From: an uncultured Desulfospira sp.
Lineage (GTDB): Bacteria; Desulfobacterota; Desulfobacteria; Desulfobacterales; Desulfobacteraceae
DNA length: 64,000 nucleotides
Assembly: GCA_963663165.1 (NCBI GenBank)
Contig: OY760175.1
Location: 992,001-1,056,000, forward strand
Direction of reading: 5' to 3'
Within the stretch, counting starts at the first letter, position 1. Each line of letters opens with the position of its first letter. Below the pieces are notes generated by a model. It was given only the letters and a program-made list of their open reading frames with translations. It ran no database searches and was not told the DNA's origin. Positions 40,975-53,673 of this stretch are shown one piece after another. The translations under genes were made by a program, and so were the position numbers.

Positions 40975-41736
40975 TCAAGATAATTCATTGTCCAGCTCAT
41001 GGATCAGGGCCTCTGCCCGGGCCAATTCTTCAAGGGTATTCACCCCCATCACCTGTCGCGGATCATCCATTAAAACCACACTGATTTTTTTGCCGGACAC
41101 CCGGGCAATTTCAACCAGATCCGTTAAATAATATTCGGCCTGGTTGTTTTCACATTGTATTTTCTCAATTCCGGACACGAGAAAATCTCTGTCAAAACAA
41201 TAAATCCCTGAATTTACCGTATTGATTTTCTTTTCACAGGCAGACGCATCCGCCTCCTCTCTTATGCACAACACCTCTCCTGAATCATCCTGGACAATCC
41301 GCCCGTATCCGGTGGGATTGTCAACGTTAACGGCAAGAACGGTAAGACTGTCTTTGGAATCAAGATGACCATTAACCAGTAGTCTCAAGGTTTGTTCCTG
41401 TATCAGCGGGACATCGCCGCATAAAACCAAAACATGCTGAATGTGAGGCGGAAGAAACGGGACAACGGATTTGACCGCGTCCCCGGTTCCGTTAAGTTTT
41501 TTTTGCAGGACAAAATGGGCATTAAAATACTGTTTTACTTCCTGCTCAACCTGTTGGGCCTGATGGCCGACCACCACATAAATTTGTTCGGGTGCCAGTT
41601 TCCTGGCGCATTCAACCACATGGACCACCATGCTTTTACCCGCGACCAGGTGAAGAACCTTGGCAAGATCAGATTTCATTCGGGTTCCTTTGCCTGCAGC
41701 AAGGATAACAATCGCTAACTTGTCGGTACCATTCAT
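40975..41736 (-). CDS. glmU: GlmU-like sugar-phosphate nucleotidyltransferase (N-terminal domain only)
   Basis: ILAAGKGTRMKS, GTGDAV, GDVPLI, GYGRI, EYYLTD, GVN; ends before the hexapeptide-repeat domain. Confidence 0.85.
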   Translation of the reverse strand: MNGTDKLAIVILAAGKGTRMKSDLAKVLHLVAGKSMVVHVVECARKLAPEQIYVVVGHQAQQVEQEVKQYFNAHFVLQKKLNGTGDAVKSVVPFLPPHIQHVLVLCGDVPLIQEQTLRLLVNGHLDSKDSLTVLAVNVDNPTGYGRIVQDDSGEVLCIREEADASACEKKINTVNSGIYCFDRDFLVSGIEKIQCENNQAEYYLTDLVEIARVSGKKISVVLMDDPRQVMGVNTLEELARAEALIHELDNELS

Positions 41737-41799
41737 AATTAGATCACCTTTGGCAGTTAATTTTTTTGAATAACCGTTATACCCTGAAGGGCAGAAACC

Positions 41800-41972
41800 G
41801 GACGGCTTGGATCATCCAGCCAAAAACCGGCCACAACAAATAATGAAAGTCTTATCAGGAGGTTAGTGAGACTTTCTTATAACCGTAACGGACGGCTTGG
41901 ATTATCCAACCAAGAATCGTCCACAACGAAAAATGAAAGTCTTTTCAGCTTGTTAGTGAGACTTTCTTATAA
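41800..41972 (-). repeat. Two tandem copies (C and D; 90-bp period) of the two-hairpin leader motif
   Basis: 41890-41972 and 41800-41882 both read GAAAGTCTCACTAAC...AGACTTTCATT..GTTGTGG..TTGG.TGGAT.ATCCAAGCCGTCC on the minus strand. Confidence 0.88.
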
Positions 41973-42008
41973 AAAAAAGGGGAATGCTTTAGTCAGAAAG
42001 CATTCCCC
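41971..42008 (-). terminator. Intrinsic terminator of the atp operon
   Basis: GGGGAATGCTTT/AAAGCATTCCCC stem followed by T8 on the minus strand. Confidence 0.85.
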
Positions 42009-42047
42009 CCTTTTAACTTACAGAGTTAAAATACTCTGTCTATTGAT

Positions 42048-42452
42048 CTATCGATTTTTTATGGATATCCGCCATACAGCTCTTTTCAAGGCAGCTTCCG
42101 CCCGAGCTTTGTCGATATTATCAGACTTTTCAGCCAAGCGTTTTTCAGCTCGTTTTTTTGCCTCTTCGGCCCGATTCAGATCAATGTTCATGCGCCTTTC
42201 AGCTGATTCCGCAAGAATCGTGACTTTATCGGGCAGAACTTCAGCAAATCCACCGTTAATGAAAAGATACCGTTCTTTACCGCTGGTATCCTTATACCGC
42301 ATGGCCCCTACCTTCAGTGCTGTCAGAAAAGTTGTATGGCCTTTGAGGACACCAAATTCACCTTCAACACCTGGTGCCACAACCATTTGAATTTCTTCGC
42401 TGACGACCGCTTTTTCAGGGGTGACCACTTCAAGAATTAGTTTATCGGCCAT
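42048..42452 (-). CDS. atpC: ATP synthase F1 epsilon
   Basis: LEVVTPE, GEFGVLKGH, GGFAEV. Confidence 0.96.
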   Translation of the reverse strand: MADKLILEVVTPEKAVVSEEIQMVVAPGVEGEFGVLKGHTTFLTALKVGAMRYKDTSGKERYLFINGGFAEVLPDKVTILAESAERRMNIDLNRAEEAKKRAEKRLAEKSDNIDKARAEAALKRAVWRISIKNR

Positions 42453-42469
42453 GATTTACCTCTGCATTG

Positions 42470-43885
<1,416 letters not shown>

Positions 43886-43924
43886 CTATAAAGCTGTTTA
43901 GTTATCCTAAAGTATACCTTGTCG

Positions 43925-44821
43925 TTATCCCTTAAGTGCCTCTGCGCCGCTGACAATGTCCATGAGGTCATTGGTAATGGCGGCCTGACGCGTCTTGTTG
44001 AATATGGTCTGCAATTCGTCCACCATGTCCTCACATGCCTTGGTTGCATTTTCCATGGCCCTCATCCGGGCCGCATGTTCACTGGTGGATGTCTGGAGCA
44101 GCGCGTCATATATCTGAATATAAATATTCTTGGGAAGCATTTCTGAGAGCAGTGCATCCGAAGACGGCTCGCAAATGTGTTCGGGAAGGAACTCTCCGTC
44201 TGCGGCCGGGGCCGCCTCATCTGCCACCATATCAGCAAGAGACGGAATCGGCAGAATCTGCTTTACGGAGGGGATCTGCTTTGCCATACTCTCAAATTCA
44301 GAGAATATCAGATATACTTCATCAACAGCCCCTTCAAGGAAACTGTCTATTAATTTCTGTCCTGAAGTAGACGCCACTGAAAAATCAGTCTTGCCACCGA
44401 CCACCCCAAGGTATTGTTCGGCAATGGTCAGCTGCTGTTTCTTGGCCCAGTCCCTGCCTTTTTTACCAAAGCAGTAGAAGGAGACGTCTTTGCCTTCAAG
44501 CTCAGATGAAAGCATCTTTCTAGCTTTATCAATCAGATTAATGTTAAAACCGCCACACAAACCCCTGTCTGATGTACACAGGAGCAGGGCCACCTTTTTG
44601 ACTTCTTCTTTGGGAACCAGGAGAGGCGATGCCTTTTCTCCAGACTTCCCTGCAATACTGCCCAGAACTTCAGCAAACTTGGAGGCATAGGGCATGAACT
44701 GCTCCATGTTTGTCTGAGCCCCGCGCAACTTTGAAGTGGCGACCATTTTCATGGCAGAGGTAATCTGTTTAGTCTTTTTTACGCTGACTATTTTCGATTG
44801 CACTTCTTTTAGCGTTGCCAT
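43925..44821 (-). CDS. atpG: ATP synthase F1 gamma
   Basis: QITSAMKMVA, SDRGLCGGFN, RQAAIT. Confidence 0.97.
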   Translation of the reverse strand: MATLKEVQSKIVSVKKTKQITSAMKMVATSKLRGAQTNMEQFMPYASKFAEVLGSIAGKSGEKASPLLVPKEEVKKVALLLCTSDRGLCGGFNINLIDKARKMLSSELEGKDVSFYCFGKKGRDWAKKQQLTIAEQYLGVVGGKTDFSVASTSGQKLIDSFLEGAVDEVYLIFSEFESMAKQIPSVKQILPIPSLADMVADEAAPAADGEFLPEHICEPSSDALLSEMLPKNIYIQIYDALLQTSTSEHAARMRAMENATKACEDMVDELQTIFNKTRQAAITNDLMDIVSGAEALKG

Positions 44822-44886
44822 ATGATCTACCTTTCAAACCTATATATTATGTTGTTTTCACCCAAGAATTAAAAAAACCATTTAAA

Positions 44887-46401
44887 TTAGATGGTGTCCT
44901 TGAATTCTTCGTCATAGGCTTCCAAGGCTTGTTTCAGTTTGGCTTCGATGTCAGAAGTGATCGCCTGTTCTTCTTTGAGACCGGAATAAATTTCAGGGAA
45001 CCGGTTTTCAACAAAGGGGTAGAGACCTTCTTCATATTTGGCCACTGCTTCTCTGGGGTATTTATCCAGATAGCCTTTGGTTCCGGCATACAGGGCGGTG
45101 ACCATTTTTTCCATGGGAAGGGGCTTGAACTGCGGCTGTTTGAGCAGTTCAACCAGTCTCTCACCACGGGTGAGCTGTTTCTGGGTAGCGGCGTCCAGAT
45201 CGGAACCAAAGGCAGCAAAGGCTTCCAGTTCACGATACTGGGCAAGGTCCAGACGCAGGGTACCGGCCACCTGTTTCATGGCTTTTACCTGGGCGGCACC
45301 ACCAACCCTGGATACGGAAAGGCCTACGTCAATGGCCGGACGGATACCGGAGAAGAAAAGGTCTTTATCCAGGAAGATCTGTCCGTCGGTGATGGAGATA
45401 ACGTTGGTCGGGATAAATGCGGACACGTCACCTTCCTGGGTTTCAATAATAGGAAGGGCGGTCAGGGAGCCGGCACCGAGTTCGTCGCTCATCTTGGCGG
45501 ACCGTTCCAGAAGTCTGGAATGGTTGTAGAAAATATCGCCGGGGAAGGCTTCACGTCCCGGGGGGCGTCTCAGGAGCAGGGATACCTGGCGGTAGGCGGC
45601 AGCCTGTTTGGAAAGGTCGTCATAAATGATCAGGGCATGTTCGCCTTTGTCCCTGAAGTACTCGCCCATGGCGCATCCGGCATATGGTGCCAGGTACTGC
45701 ATGGCGGCGGACTCGGAAGCGGAGGCCACAACAACGGTGGTGTATTCCATGGCACCATGTTCTTCAAGGGCAGCCACAACCTGGGCAACCGTTGATTTTT
45801 TCTGGCCGCAGGCAACATAGATACATTTAATCCCGCTTTCTTTTTGGGCAATAATGGCATCAACAGCAACAGCGGTTTTACCGATCTGGCGGTCACCGAT
45901 GATCAACTCACGCTGGCCACGGCCAACCGGGGTCATGCCGTCAACGGCCTTGGCACCGGTATAGCAGGGTTCATGAACCCCTTTTCGGGCGATAACACCC
46001 GGGGCAACCAATTCCATGTTCATGTAGATATCGGAATTGATGGGCCCCTTGCCGTCAACAGGCTCACCAGTGGTGGTGACAACGCGGCCTAACAGGGACT
46101 CGCCTACGGGCACGGATGCGATACGATCGGTTCTTTTTACAACGTCGCCTTCCTTGATGACCTTGTCATCACCCAGGATAGCAACACCCACGTTGTCCTC
46201 TTCAAGGTTCAGGGCCAGCCCCAGGATTCCACCGGGAAACTCAACAAGCTCCATGGCTTTTACTTTTTCCAAACCATATACACGGGCAATACCATCACCC
46301 GCAGAAAGAACAACCCCTGTTTCACTCAGATCAACCTCGGCATCAAAACCCTTGATCTGATCTTTAATAATCTGGCTTATTTCTTCTGCTTTAATTTCCA
46401 T
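44887..46401 (-). CDS. atpA: ATP synthase F1 alpha
   Basis: [33 protein letters not shown]. Confidence 0.98.
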   Translation of the reverse strand: MEIKAEEISQIIKDQIKGFDAEVDLSETGVVLSAGDGIARVYGLEKVKAMELVEFPGGILGLALNLEEDNVGVAILGDDKVIKEGDVVKRTDRIASVPVGESLLGRVVTTTGEPVDGKGPINSDIYMNMELVAPGVIARKGVHEPCYTGAKAVDGMTPVGRGQRELIIGDRQIGKTAVAVDAIIAQKESGIKCIYVACGQKKSTVAQVVAALEEHGAMEYTTVVVASASESAAMQYLAPYAGCAMGEYFRDKGEHALIIYDDLSKQAAAYRQVSLLLRRPPGREAFPGDIFYNHSRLLERSAKMSDELGAGSLTALPIIETQEGDVSAFIPTNVISITDGQIFLDKDLFFSGIRPAIDVGLSVSRVGGAAQVKAMKQVAGTLRLDLAQYRELEAFAAFGSDLDAATQKQLTRGERLVELLKQPQFKPLPMEKMVTALYAGTKGYLDKYPREAVAKYEEGLYPFVENRFPEIYSGLKEEQAITSDIEAKLKQALEAYDEEFKDTI

Positions 46402-46952
46402 TAGACACTCTCACCTTTAGTTAAAGTTTCCCTCATATTGATCAGCTGAGTTTTCACGCTGCCATCCAGAACAAGATCTCCGATTTTTGTAACCACGCCG
46501 CCGATAAGGCCCGGATCCTGCTCAACACTCAGAACAATGGTTTTCCCGGTCTTTGCGGACAGGGCTTCCTTGATTTTGTCTACCGCCTCTGCGGACAGTT
46601 CCGTGGCAGAGACAATACTGGCCTTGACAACCCCTTTGAGCTCATCGGCCAGATCTTTGTAAAAGGAAGCGATTTCCCGCAAAAAACCAATCCTGCCCTT
46701 GTCAAACAAGAGGATCATGAAAGATTTCATGACCGCGGACAGGTCGGTGGCAGCAAGAACCGCCTCAAGGACTTTTTTTCTGTCGTTTTTGTTGTAAAGG
46801 GGATTCACCAATGTTTTTTCAAACTCTTCCTGGGTGTCAAAAAGGCCCACCATGGATTCGAGTTCATCGCTGTACTGTTCCGCCTGGCCGTCTTCCTGGC
46901 CGATCAGAATCAGCGCCTTGGCATAACGCCTTGAAACTGCTAAATTTTTCAT
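46401..46952 (-). CDS. atpH: ATP synthase delta
   Basis: [21 protein letters not shown]. Confidence 0.95.
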   Translation of the reverse strand: MKNLAVSRRYAKALILIGQEDGQAEQYSDELESMVGLFDTQEEFEKTLVNPLYNKNDRKKVLEAVLAATDLSAVMKSFMILLFDKGRIGFLREIASFYKDLADELKGVVKASIVSATELSAEAVDKIKEALSAKTGKTIVLSVEQDPGLIGGVVTKIGDLVLDGSVKTQLINMRETLTKGESV

Positions 46953-47548
46953 TATGCCACCACCTTTTTCAAATAGTCGTCAACAAGTTTTTCCTGATCT
47001 TCAGACGAGATGGATTCCTTAATGAATTCTTCAGCCTTTTCCATTGCCTTCAAAGCAATTTCCTGCTGAAGCTGAGCCCTGGCTGCCTTAAACTCCTGTT
47101 CGATATTCCGCTTGGCGGTATCTTCGAGTTTTTCGGCCTGGGCCTGGGCTTCGGCAAGAATTCTTTCTTTGGCCGCTTCACCTTGTTTGATGTAATCCGC
47201 TACAATCTGTTTGGATTCCTGTTCAAGGTTGTTGAACTTGGCCTGGTACTCTGCAAGCATTTTCTCAGCTTCGGCTTTCTGTGCTTCTAGGTCATTCAAC
47301 TCATCCTCAATTCCCTTTGCCCGGGACGAAAAAAATTCCTTGACGGGTTTTTTCGCAATGAGGAATCCTGCAATGGCAAGAATGCCGAAATTCAGCACTT
47401 TCCAGGTATCGTTGGCAAGCCAGGCGTTGTGAACGCCGCCATGCCCGCCTTCGGCTGATGCCCAGACAAGTGAACACGCACCTGCCGTTAGGACAGCTGC
47501 TATACCTGAAATTTTCAACCAGTTCTTTTTCAGATTAAAATGTTTCAT
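46952..47548 (-). CDS. atpF: ATP synthase F0 subunit b (with N-terminal extension)
   Basis: WKVLNFGIL TM segment followed by a coiled coil; position in the operon. Confidence 0.9.
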   Translation of the reverse strand: MKHFNLKKNWLKISGIAAVLTAGACSLVWASAEGGHGGVHNAWLANDTWKVLNFGILAIAGFLIAKKPVKEFFSSRAKGIEDELNDLEAQKAEAEKMLAEYQAKFNNLEQESKQIVADYIKQGEAAKERILAEAQAQAEKLEDTAKRNIEQEFKAARAQLQQEIALKAMEKAEEFIKESISSEDQEKLVDDYLKKVVA

Positions 47549-47979
47549 CAGCAGGCCCTCCCCAAAATCTTTTCGCCGATGGCTTGAGCAAACACCTCCA
47601 CCTCGGCTTCCAGGGCTTTGCGGGCCTGCTCAGTCTCTCCTGCAACCTGTTCCTTGATCTTTGCAAGATTGGCCTGAGCTTTCTTGTTAATCTGTTCGAT
47701 TATTTCCTTTTCTTCCTTTGAAGCCTCGGTAATAAATACTTCTTTTTCCTTGAGGCCATCCGTCCGGGCCTGCTTAATCCCATCCTTGTAAGATTCTTTC
47801 TGGACGGAAAGGTCAGACGTGGATTTTTCAACGCCTTGTTCAAGGGTTTCAACCTTGGTTTTTCTTTCCAGAATAACGTTACGGATAGGCTTGTACAGCA
47901 CCTGGTTCAGGACAAAAAGGAGGATAAGGAAATTAATCATCTGATATAGTAGAGATATATCAGGGATAACAGTTATCAT
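47548..47979 (-). CDS. ATP synthase F0 subunit b'
   Basis: QMINFLILLFVLNQVLYKPI followed by a coiled coil. Confidence 0.9.
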   Translation of the reverse strand: MITVIPDISLLYQMINFLILLFVLNQVLYKPIRNVILERKTKVETLEQGVEKSTSDLSVQKESYKDGIKQARTDGLKEKEVFITEASKEEKEIIEQINKKAQANLAKIKEQVAGETEQARKALEAEVEVFAQAIGEKILGRAC

Positions 47980-48080
47980 AAAATTCCCTCCGCCAGTTAA
48001 TAATTAAAAAAATCAACTACTTGTATCTTCTTGACTGTTTCAGTACAAAAACAGCCTTAGATTCGGATCAAATCGTGACT

Positions 48081-48109
48081 TGAGTACCATCCAAGCAAAA
48101 ATTTGTCAA
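48081..48109 (-). promoter_or_regulatory. Putative sigma70 promoter of the atp operon
   Basis: TTGACA-17 nt-TACTCA with an extended TG. Confidence 0.55.
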
Positions 48110-48148
48110 CACGGAATAACAAAAACTTTCCAGGGCCTGAAGGGCGCT

Positions 48149-49258
48149 TCATTTGCCTGAAAATTTTCTCATGCTGATATTCATGAGAATGCCGAATCCC
48201 GCCATGTTGGTGATCACGGAAGATCCCCCGTAGGAGACCAGGGGAAGCGGTACTCCCACCACGGGCATCAGCCCCATCACCATGCCCACATTGATGAAAA
48301 TCTGCCAGAAGATCATGATGGTGACGCCAAAGGCCAGAATGGACCCAAAGGTGTTCCGGCAGGAGTAGGCGATATTCAGTCCCCAGAACAGCAAAATAAA
48401 ATACAGGGCCAGCAGCACCGCGCATCCCACCAGCCCCCACTCTTCGGCCAGCACCGACAGGATAAAATCCGTATGTTGTTCGGGCAGAAAGGACAAGGCG
48501 TTCTGGGTTCCCTTTAAAAAACCTTTTCCCGTAATCATGCCGGAGCCGATGGCGATTTTTGACTGAATAATGTGGTAACCGGCCCCAAGGGGGTCCCGGT
48601 CCGGGTTAAGAAAGGTCAACACCCTCATTTTCTGGTAATCTTTAAGGCCAAAACGCCACATCAGCGGCACGATAATGACCCCAAGCCCCAACACCGTAAA
48701 CATCACCCGTTTTTCCACTTTCATGAACAAGGTGATGGATCCGGCAATGAGCAGCAGTAGCAGTCCGGTGCCAAGGTCGGGCTGGATTACAATCAGAGCA
48801 AAGGGGATCAGGCAGACCACGGCAGGCTTGACCAGGTTCCTGAATCCGAGCCCCTCGGATGAGGCAATGTTGGCGTACACCGATGACAGGCTGATGATCA
48901 GGGCAATCTTCATCAATTCCGAGGGTTGAACCCGGATAATGCCAAGGGAGAGCCACCGCCGTGAGCCACCGCCGGTCATGCCGAACAAATGGACCGAAAG
49001 CAGCATGCCCACGCAGGCCCCGTATATAAGCAAATTGAGTTTATCCAGTTGCCTGAAATCAATGACCAGGATGCTCATCAACACGAAAAAGCCAACGCCC
49101 ATCCAGACGACCTGTTTTTTAAACAGGGCATGGATGCCTTCCCCAGGACTTCCGGCGGTAACGGCACTGTACAGAACCACCAGCCCCACGCCTGAAATCA
49201 TCAGGATCACCATTAGAAATCCCCAGTCAAAGTGTTCTATGAGTCTTCTGTCAAACAT
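48149..49258 (-). CDS. rodA: Rod shape-determining SEDS glycosyltransferase RodA
   Basis: RVQPSELMK, QPDLGT, LPEQHTDFI, LPLVSYGGSS. Confidence 0.96.
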   Translation of the reverse strand: MFDRRLIEHFDWGFLMVILMISGVGLVVLYSAVTAGSPGEGIHALFKKQVVWMGVGFFVLMSILVIDFRQLDKLNLLIYGACVGMLLSVHLFGMTGGGSRRWLSLGIIRVQPSELMKIALIISLSSVYANIASSEGLGFRNLVKPAVVCLIPFALIVIQPDLGTGLLLLLIAGSITLFMKVEKRVMFTVLGLGVIIVPLMWRFGLKDYQKMRVLTFLNPDRDPLGAGYHIIQSKIAIGSGMITGKGFLKGTQNALSFLPEQHTDFILSVLAEEWGLVGCAVLLALYFILLFWGLNIAYSCRNTFGSILAFGVTIMIFWQIFINVGMVMGLMPVVGVPLPLVSYGGSSVITNMAGFGILMNISMRKFSGK

Positions 49259-49267
49259 AATCGTCTC

Positions 49268-51118
49268 TTAATTATTTTCTAGTTCCTCGACCCCTAAATA
49301 TTTTCTGATCAAAGCGCCGGCAATGGGGGCGGCCGCACTGGCCCCATGCTCTCCATGTTCAATGATAACGGATATGGCAATCACCGGATTTTCAGATGGG
49401 GCATAACAGACAAACCAGGCATGGTCCTGAAGATGACGTTCCAGGTTTTCATTGTCGAACTTTTCACCCTTTTTCCTGGAAAAGACCTGGGCAGTTCCGG
49501 TTTTTCCGGAAATGTCCACCCCGTTTATCCTGATCTTCCGTGCTGTGCCCCGGTTGCCCTGGACCACACGATAAAGGCCTTCCCGGACAAGGCTTAAGGT
49601 CTCTTTGCCTGCCGGAATGCCGCCGATGATCTCAGGCTCTATTTTTTTAACCACATTCCCTTCGTTATCCATAATGGACCGGACAATTCTCGGCTTATAA
49701 AGGGTGCCGCCATTTCCGACAGCGGCAATGAACACCGCCATCTGAAGGGGGGTCACCAGGTTAAATCCCTGGCCAATGCTGATGGAAAGAGTCTCTCCGG
49801 CCTGCCATGGTTCATTAAACCGTCTTTTTTTCCAGGCAGCGGTAGGAATCAGCCCGGGCCGTTCATGGGCCAGGTCAACACCGGTCAGTTGTCCCAGCCC
49901 GCACCCGGTGGCATACTGGGCCAGTTTGTCTACGCCCAGCTTCTCCCCGGTCTGATAATAGAACACATCACAGGACTGGGCCAGGGCATTGACCACATTC
50001 AAATGGCCATGGCCGTATTTGTTCCAGCAATGGTACCGCCGGTTGCCGAATTTATAAAACCCGGGACAAAAAAAAGTGGAATTTTGATCAATCACCTTCT
50101 CTTCGAGCCCGGCCAGGGAGGTTAAAATTTTATAGGTAGAAGCCGGGGGATACTCGGCCTGGATGGCCTTGTTGATCATGGGCCTGCCCGGATTGTCCAT
50201 AAGGGCCCGCCATTTTTTGATGGAAATCCCGCCGATAAAATCATTCTGATCAAACCCGGGCGCGCTGGCCATGACCAGCACATCCCCGTTGGCCGGGTCT
50301 ATGGCCACCACAGCACCCTCCTGATCTTTCAGCAACTCTTCTGCGGTCCTTTGAAGGCCGAGGTCAAGGGACAGGTAAATGTCTTTTCCACACTCCGGTT
50401 CCACCCGCTTGAGTTCCTTAATCACCCGTCCGTTGACATCCACTTCCACCTGGCGGCCGCCCCGCTTTCCCTGAAGATGGGATTCAAAGCTTTTTTCAAC
50501 CCCGTACCTTCCGATGGCGTCCTGGGGTCTGACATTGGGATATTGACCGCTTTCAAGCTCTTGTTTGTTGATCTGCCCCAGGTATCCGATCAGATGGGCC
50601 GCAGTTTTGGGATAAATATAATGCCGGGTCGGTTCAATTTCGATTTGAACCCCGGGAAGGTCCAGCTTATGGGCTTCCACAACGGCCAGCTGCTGCCTTG
50701 AAATATCCCTTTTCAGGGTAACGGGTTTGTAAAATGCGGCCCGGCCCTTTTTTTTAATGCTTTCCATCAAATCTTCAAAAGGAATGTCTACCAGGCCTGC
50801 CAATTTCTCAACGGTCTGCTCAAGGGGATGGGCGTCTTCTAAAACAATGTTAAGGTCAAAGGCCGGCCGGTTATCCACCAGAAGAAGCCGGTTCCTGTCA
50901 TAGATAAGCCCCCTGGAGGATTTAATGCTTTTAAGGCGGATGCAGTTGGTCTGGGACAAGCGCCGGTACTCTTCCCCTTTGATCAGCTGAAGGTAAATCA
51001 AGCGCAAAAACAACAGGGCAAACACCATCAAAATGCAAAGGCTGGCACACATGAGCCGCTGTTTGAAAAAGTCCCGGTCCTGGTTTTTGTTGACTGCCCC
51101 GCCCATATCAGTCCTCAA
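49268..51118 (-). CDS. mrdA: Penicillin-binding protein 2 (start uncertain)
   Basis: YPPASTYK (SxxK), SCD (SxD), KTGT. Confidence 0.95.
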   Translation of the reverse strand: MRTDMGGAVNKNQDRDFFKQRLMCASLCILMVFALLFLRLIYLQLIKGEEYRRLSQTNCIRLKSIKSSRGLIYDRNRLLLVDNRPAFDLNIVLEDAHPLEQTVEKLAGLVDIPFEDLMESIKKKGRAAFYKPVTLKRDISRQQLAVVEAHKLDLPGVQIEIEPTRHYIYPKTAAHLIGYLGQINKQELESGQYPNVRPQDAIGRYGVEKSFESHLQGKRGGRQVEVDVNGRVIKELKRVEPECGKDIYLSLDLGLQRTAEELLKDQEGAVVAIDPANGDVLVMASAPGFDQNDFIGGISIKKWRALMDNPGRPMINKAIQAEYPPASTYKILTSLAGLEEKVIDQNSTFFCPGFYKFGNRRYHCWNKYGHGHLNVVNALAQSCDVFYYQTGEKLGVDKLAQYATGCGLGQLTGVDLAHERPGLIPTAAWKKRRFNEPWQAGETLSISIGQGFNLVTPLQMAVFIAAVGNGGTLYKPRIVRSIMDNEGNVVKKIEPEIIGGIPAGKETLSLVREGLYRVVQGNRGTARKIRINGVDISGKTGTAQVFSRKKGEKFDNENLERHLQDHAWFVCYAPSENPVIAISVIIEHGEHGASAAAPIAGALIRKYLGVEELENN

Positions 51119-51632
51119 GCCTTTGAATCAGTTGTTTTTTCATGTTCCCGGACAGGGACAGCCAGATTTCCCTGGCCCAATTCAGAAGGGCCAGCCCCGC
51201 GGGAATAACCAGCAGCGCCCAGAGGATCTGTTCCAGCAACAGTGAAAAATCCGACCGGGAAACACTTCCCTGGATAATCACAATGGAAAAAAATATCAGG
51301 GCCTGGTGAATCACGGCCGATACCATGCTGATCATCAGGACAAATACAATGCTTTTCTGAAATACAAACCTTCGGAACAACCGGATGATGATGTAAATCC
51401 AGGTATAAGAAAACACGTGGGAAAATAAAGCGCAGCCTGAGATGGAGTCCATGATAAGGCCCATGAGGACAATCCCGGGGACAATAAAATGACGCGGGTA
51501 GATCAGGCTCAGATAAATGATAAAAATGGTTACCTGGTCAAAGCATTGGGCAAACCAGGAAAAAGACGGCAGAAAAATGGTCTGCAGGATAATGAAAAAA
51601 AGGGCCGAAAAAACAAAAAACAAGGCGTTCAT
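51108..51632 (-). CDS. mreD: Rod shape-determining protein MreD
   Basis: Hydrophobic protein with GLIMD; lies between mreC and mrdA. Confidence 0.78.
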   Translation of the reverse strand: MNALFFVFSALFFIILQTIFLPSFSWFAQCFDQVTIFIIYLSLIYPRHFIVPGIVLMGLIMDSISGCALFSHVFSYTWIYIIIRLFRRFVFQKSIVFVLMISMVSAVIHQALIFFSIVIIQGSVSRSDFSLLLEQILWALLVIPAGLALLNWAREIWLSLSGNMKKQLIQRLED

Positions 51633-51702
51633 TCAATGGAATCCTGCGGTTATACGGTTATAGCGGTTAGCTTTTTAACTGGTGGTTGTTGGCGCTTAAG
51701 GG

Positions 51703-52515
51703 TCAGTGTCCGTTTTTGAGTACCAGAACCTCTTCGAGTTTATTGAAATCCACGCTGGTTTCAATGGTAATGTTCTGGAACAGCTGGGAATGTTCTTTTT
51801 CAACGGCCAGGATCCGCCCAATGGTCAGTCCCTTGGGATACACCTGGTCCAAACCGGATGAGACGATCATTTCGCCTGGTTTAACCGTATCCTTTCTTAA
51901 AGCGTAGACAAAAGAACAGGTATCGGTATTGGTTCCCTTTACCATCCCCCGGACCCGGGTGTTCTGAACAAGGGCGTCCACAGCTGAATTTCTGTCAATG
52001 ATCAGCAGCACCCTGGAAAAAGAGTTGGAAACCTTGGTGATCTGGCCCACAATCCCTTCTGAAACCAGGACGGGGGCGCCCTTTTCAAGTCCGTCCTGGG
52101 CCCCTTTATCAATCATGATGGTCTTAAACCACGGGGAGGGATCCCGGGCGATGACCTGGGCCGCCACATAGGTCTCAGGTACGGCCCGGGTAAAATTAAC
52201 CAGTTTTTTGAGCCTGGCGTTTTCAAGGCAAAGCTCTTCGTTCTGGTTCTCAATTTGCTTGACCCGGGACAACTGGGCCTTGAGGACCTGATTTTCCTCC
52301 ACGGCCAGCACCGACATAAAGTAGGTCTGCCAAAGGGACTGGGCCACCCCCACGGTCCGGGTGAATATAAACTGAAACGGAGATGTAAGGGTAATGGCAA
52401 ATCGTTCCAGCCCGGTAGCCGGAACCGATTGCCGGCTTGTCAGGGTAATCACCGTCAGGTTGACGGCGAAAAACACTGTCAAGCCAAAGAAAAGTAACAT
52501 CTTCCTTGAAAACAT
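51703..52515 (-). CDS. mreC: Rod shape-determining protein MreC
   Basis: ENARLKKL, IDKGAQDG, GIVGQI, SSGLDQVYPKGL. Confidence 0.94.
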   Translation of the reverse strand: MFSRKMLLFFGLTVFFAVNLTVITLTSRQSVPATGLERFAITLTSPFQFIFTRTVGVAQSLWQTYFMSVLAVEENQVLKAQLSRVKQIENQNEELCLENARLKKLVNFTRAVPETYVAAQVIARDPSPWFKTIMIDKGAQDGLEKGAPVLVSEGIVGQITKVSNSFSRVLLIIDRNSAVDALVQNTRVRGMVKGTNTDTCSFVYALRKDTVKPGEMIVSSGLDQVYPKGLTIGRILAVEKEHSQLFQNITIETSVDFNKLEEVLVLKNGH

Positions 52516-52518
52516 TGA

Positions 52519-53577
<1,059 letters not shown>

Positions 53578-53673
53578 TTAAGTTTTAAGATTGGTCGATT
53601 TAAGTCAGCCTGTTTCACAAAGGCTGCTAAAAGATATCTGCTAACAAAATTGCATATTTTTTACAAGTCTAAA

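Noticed and set aside
41800..41972. CRISPR array
   Set aside because: Only two ~85-bp units, with no unique spacers and no cas genes.
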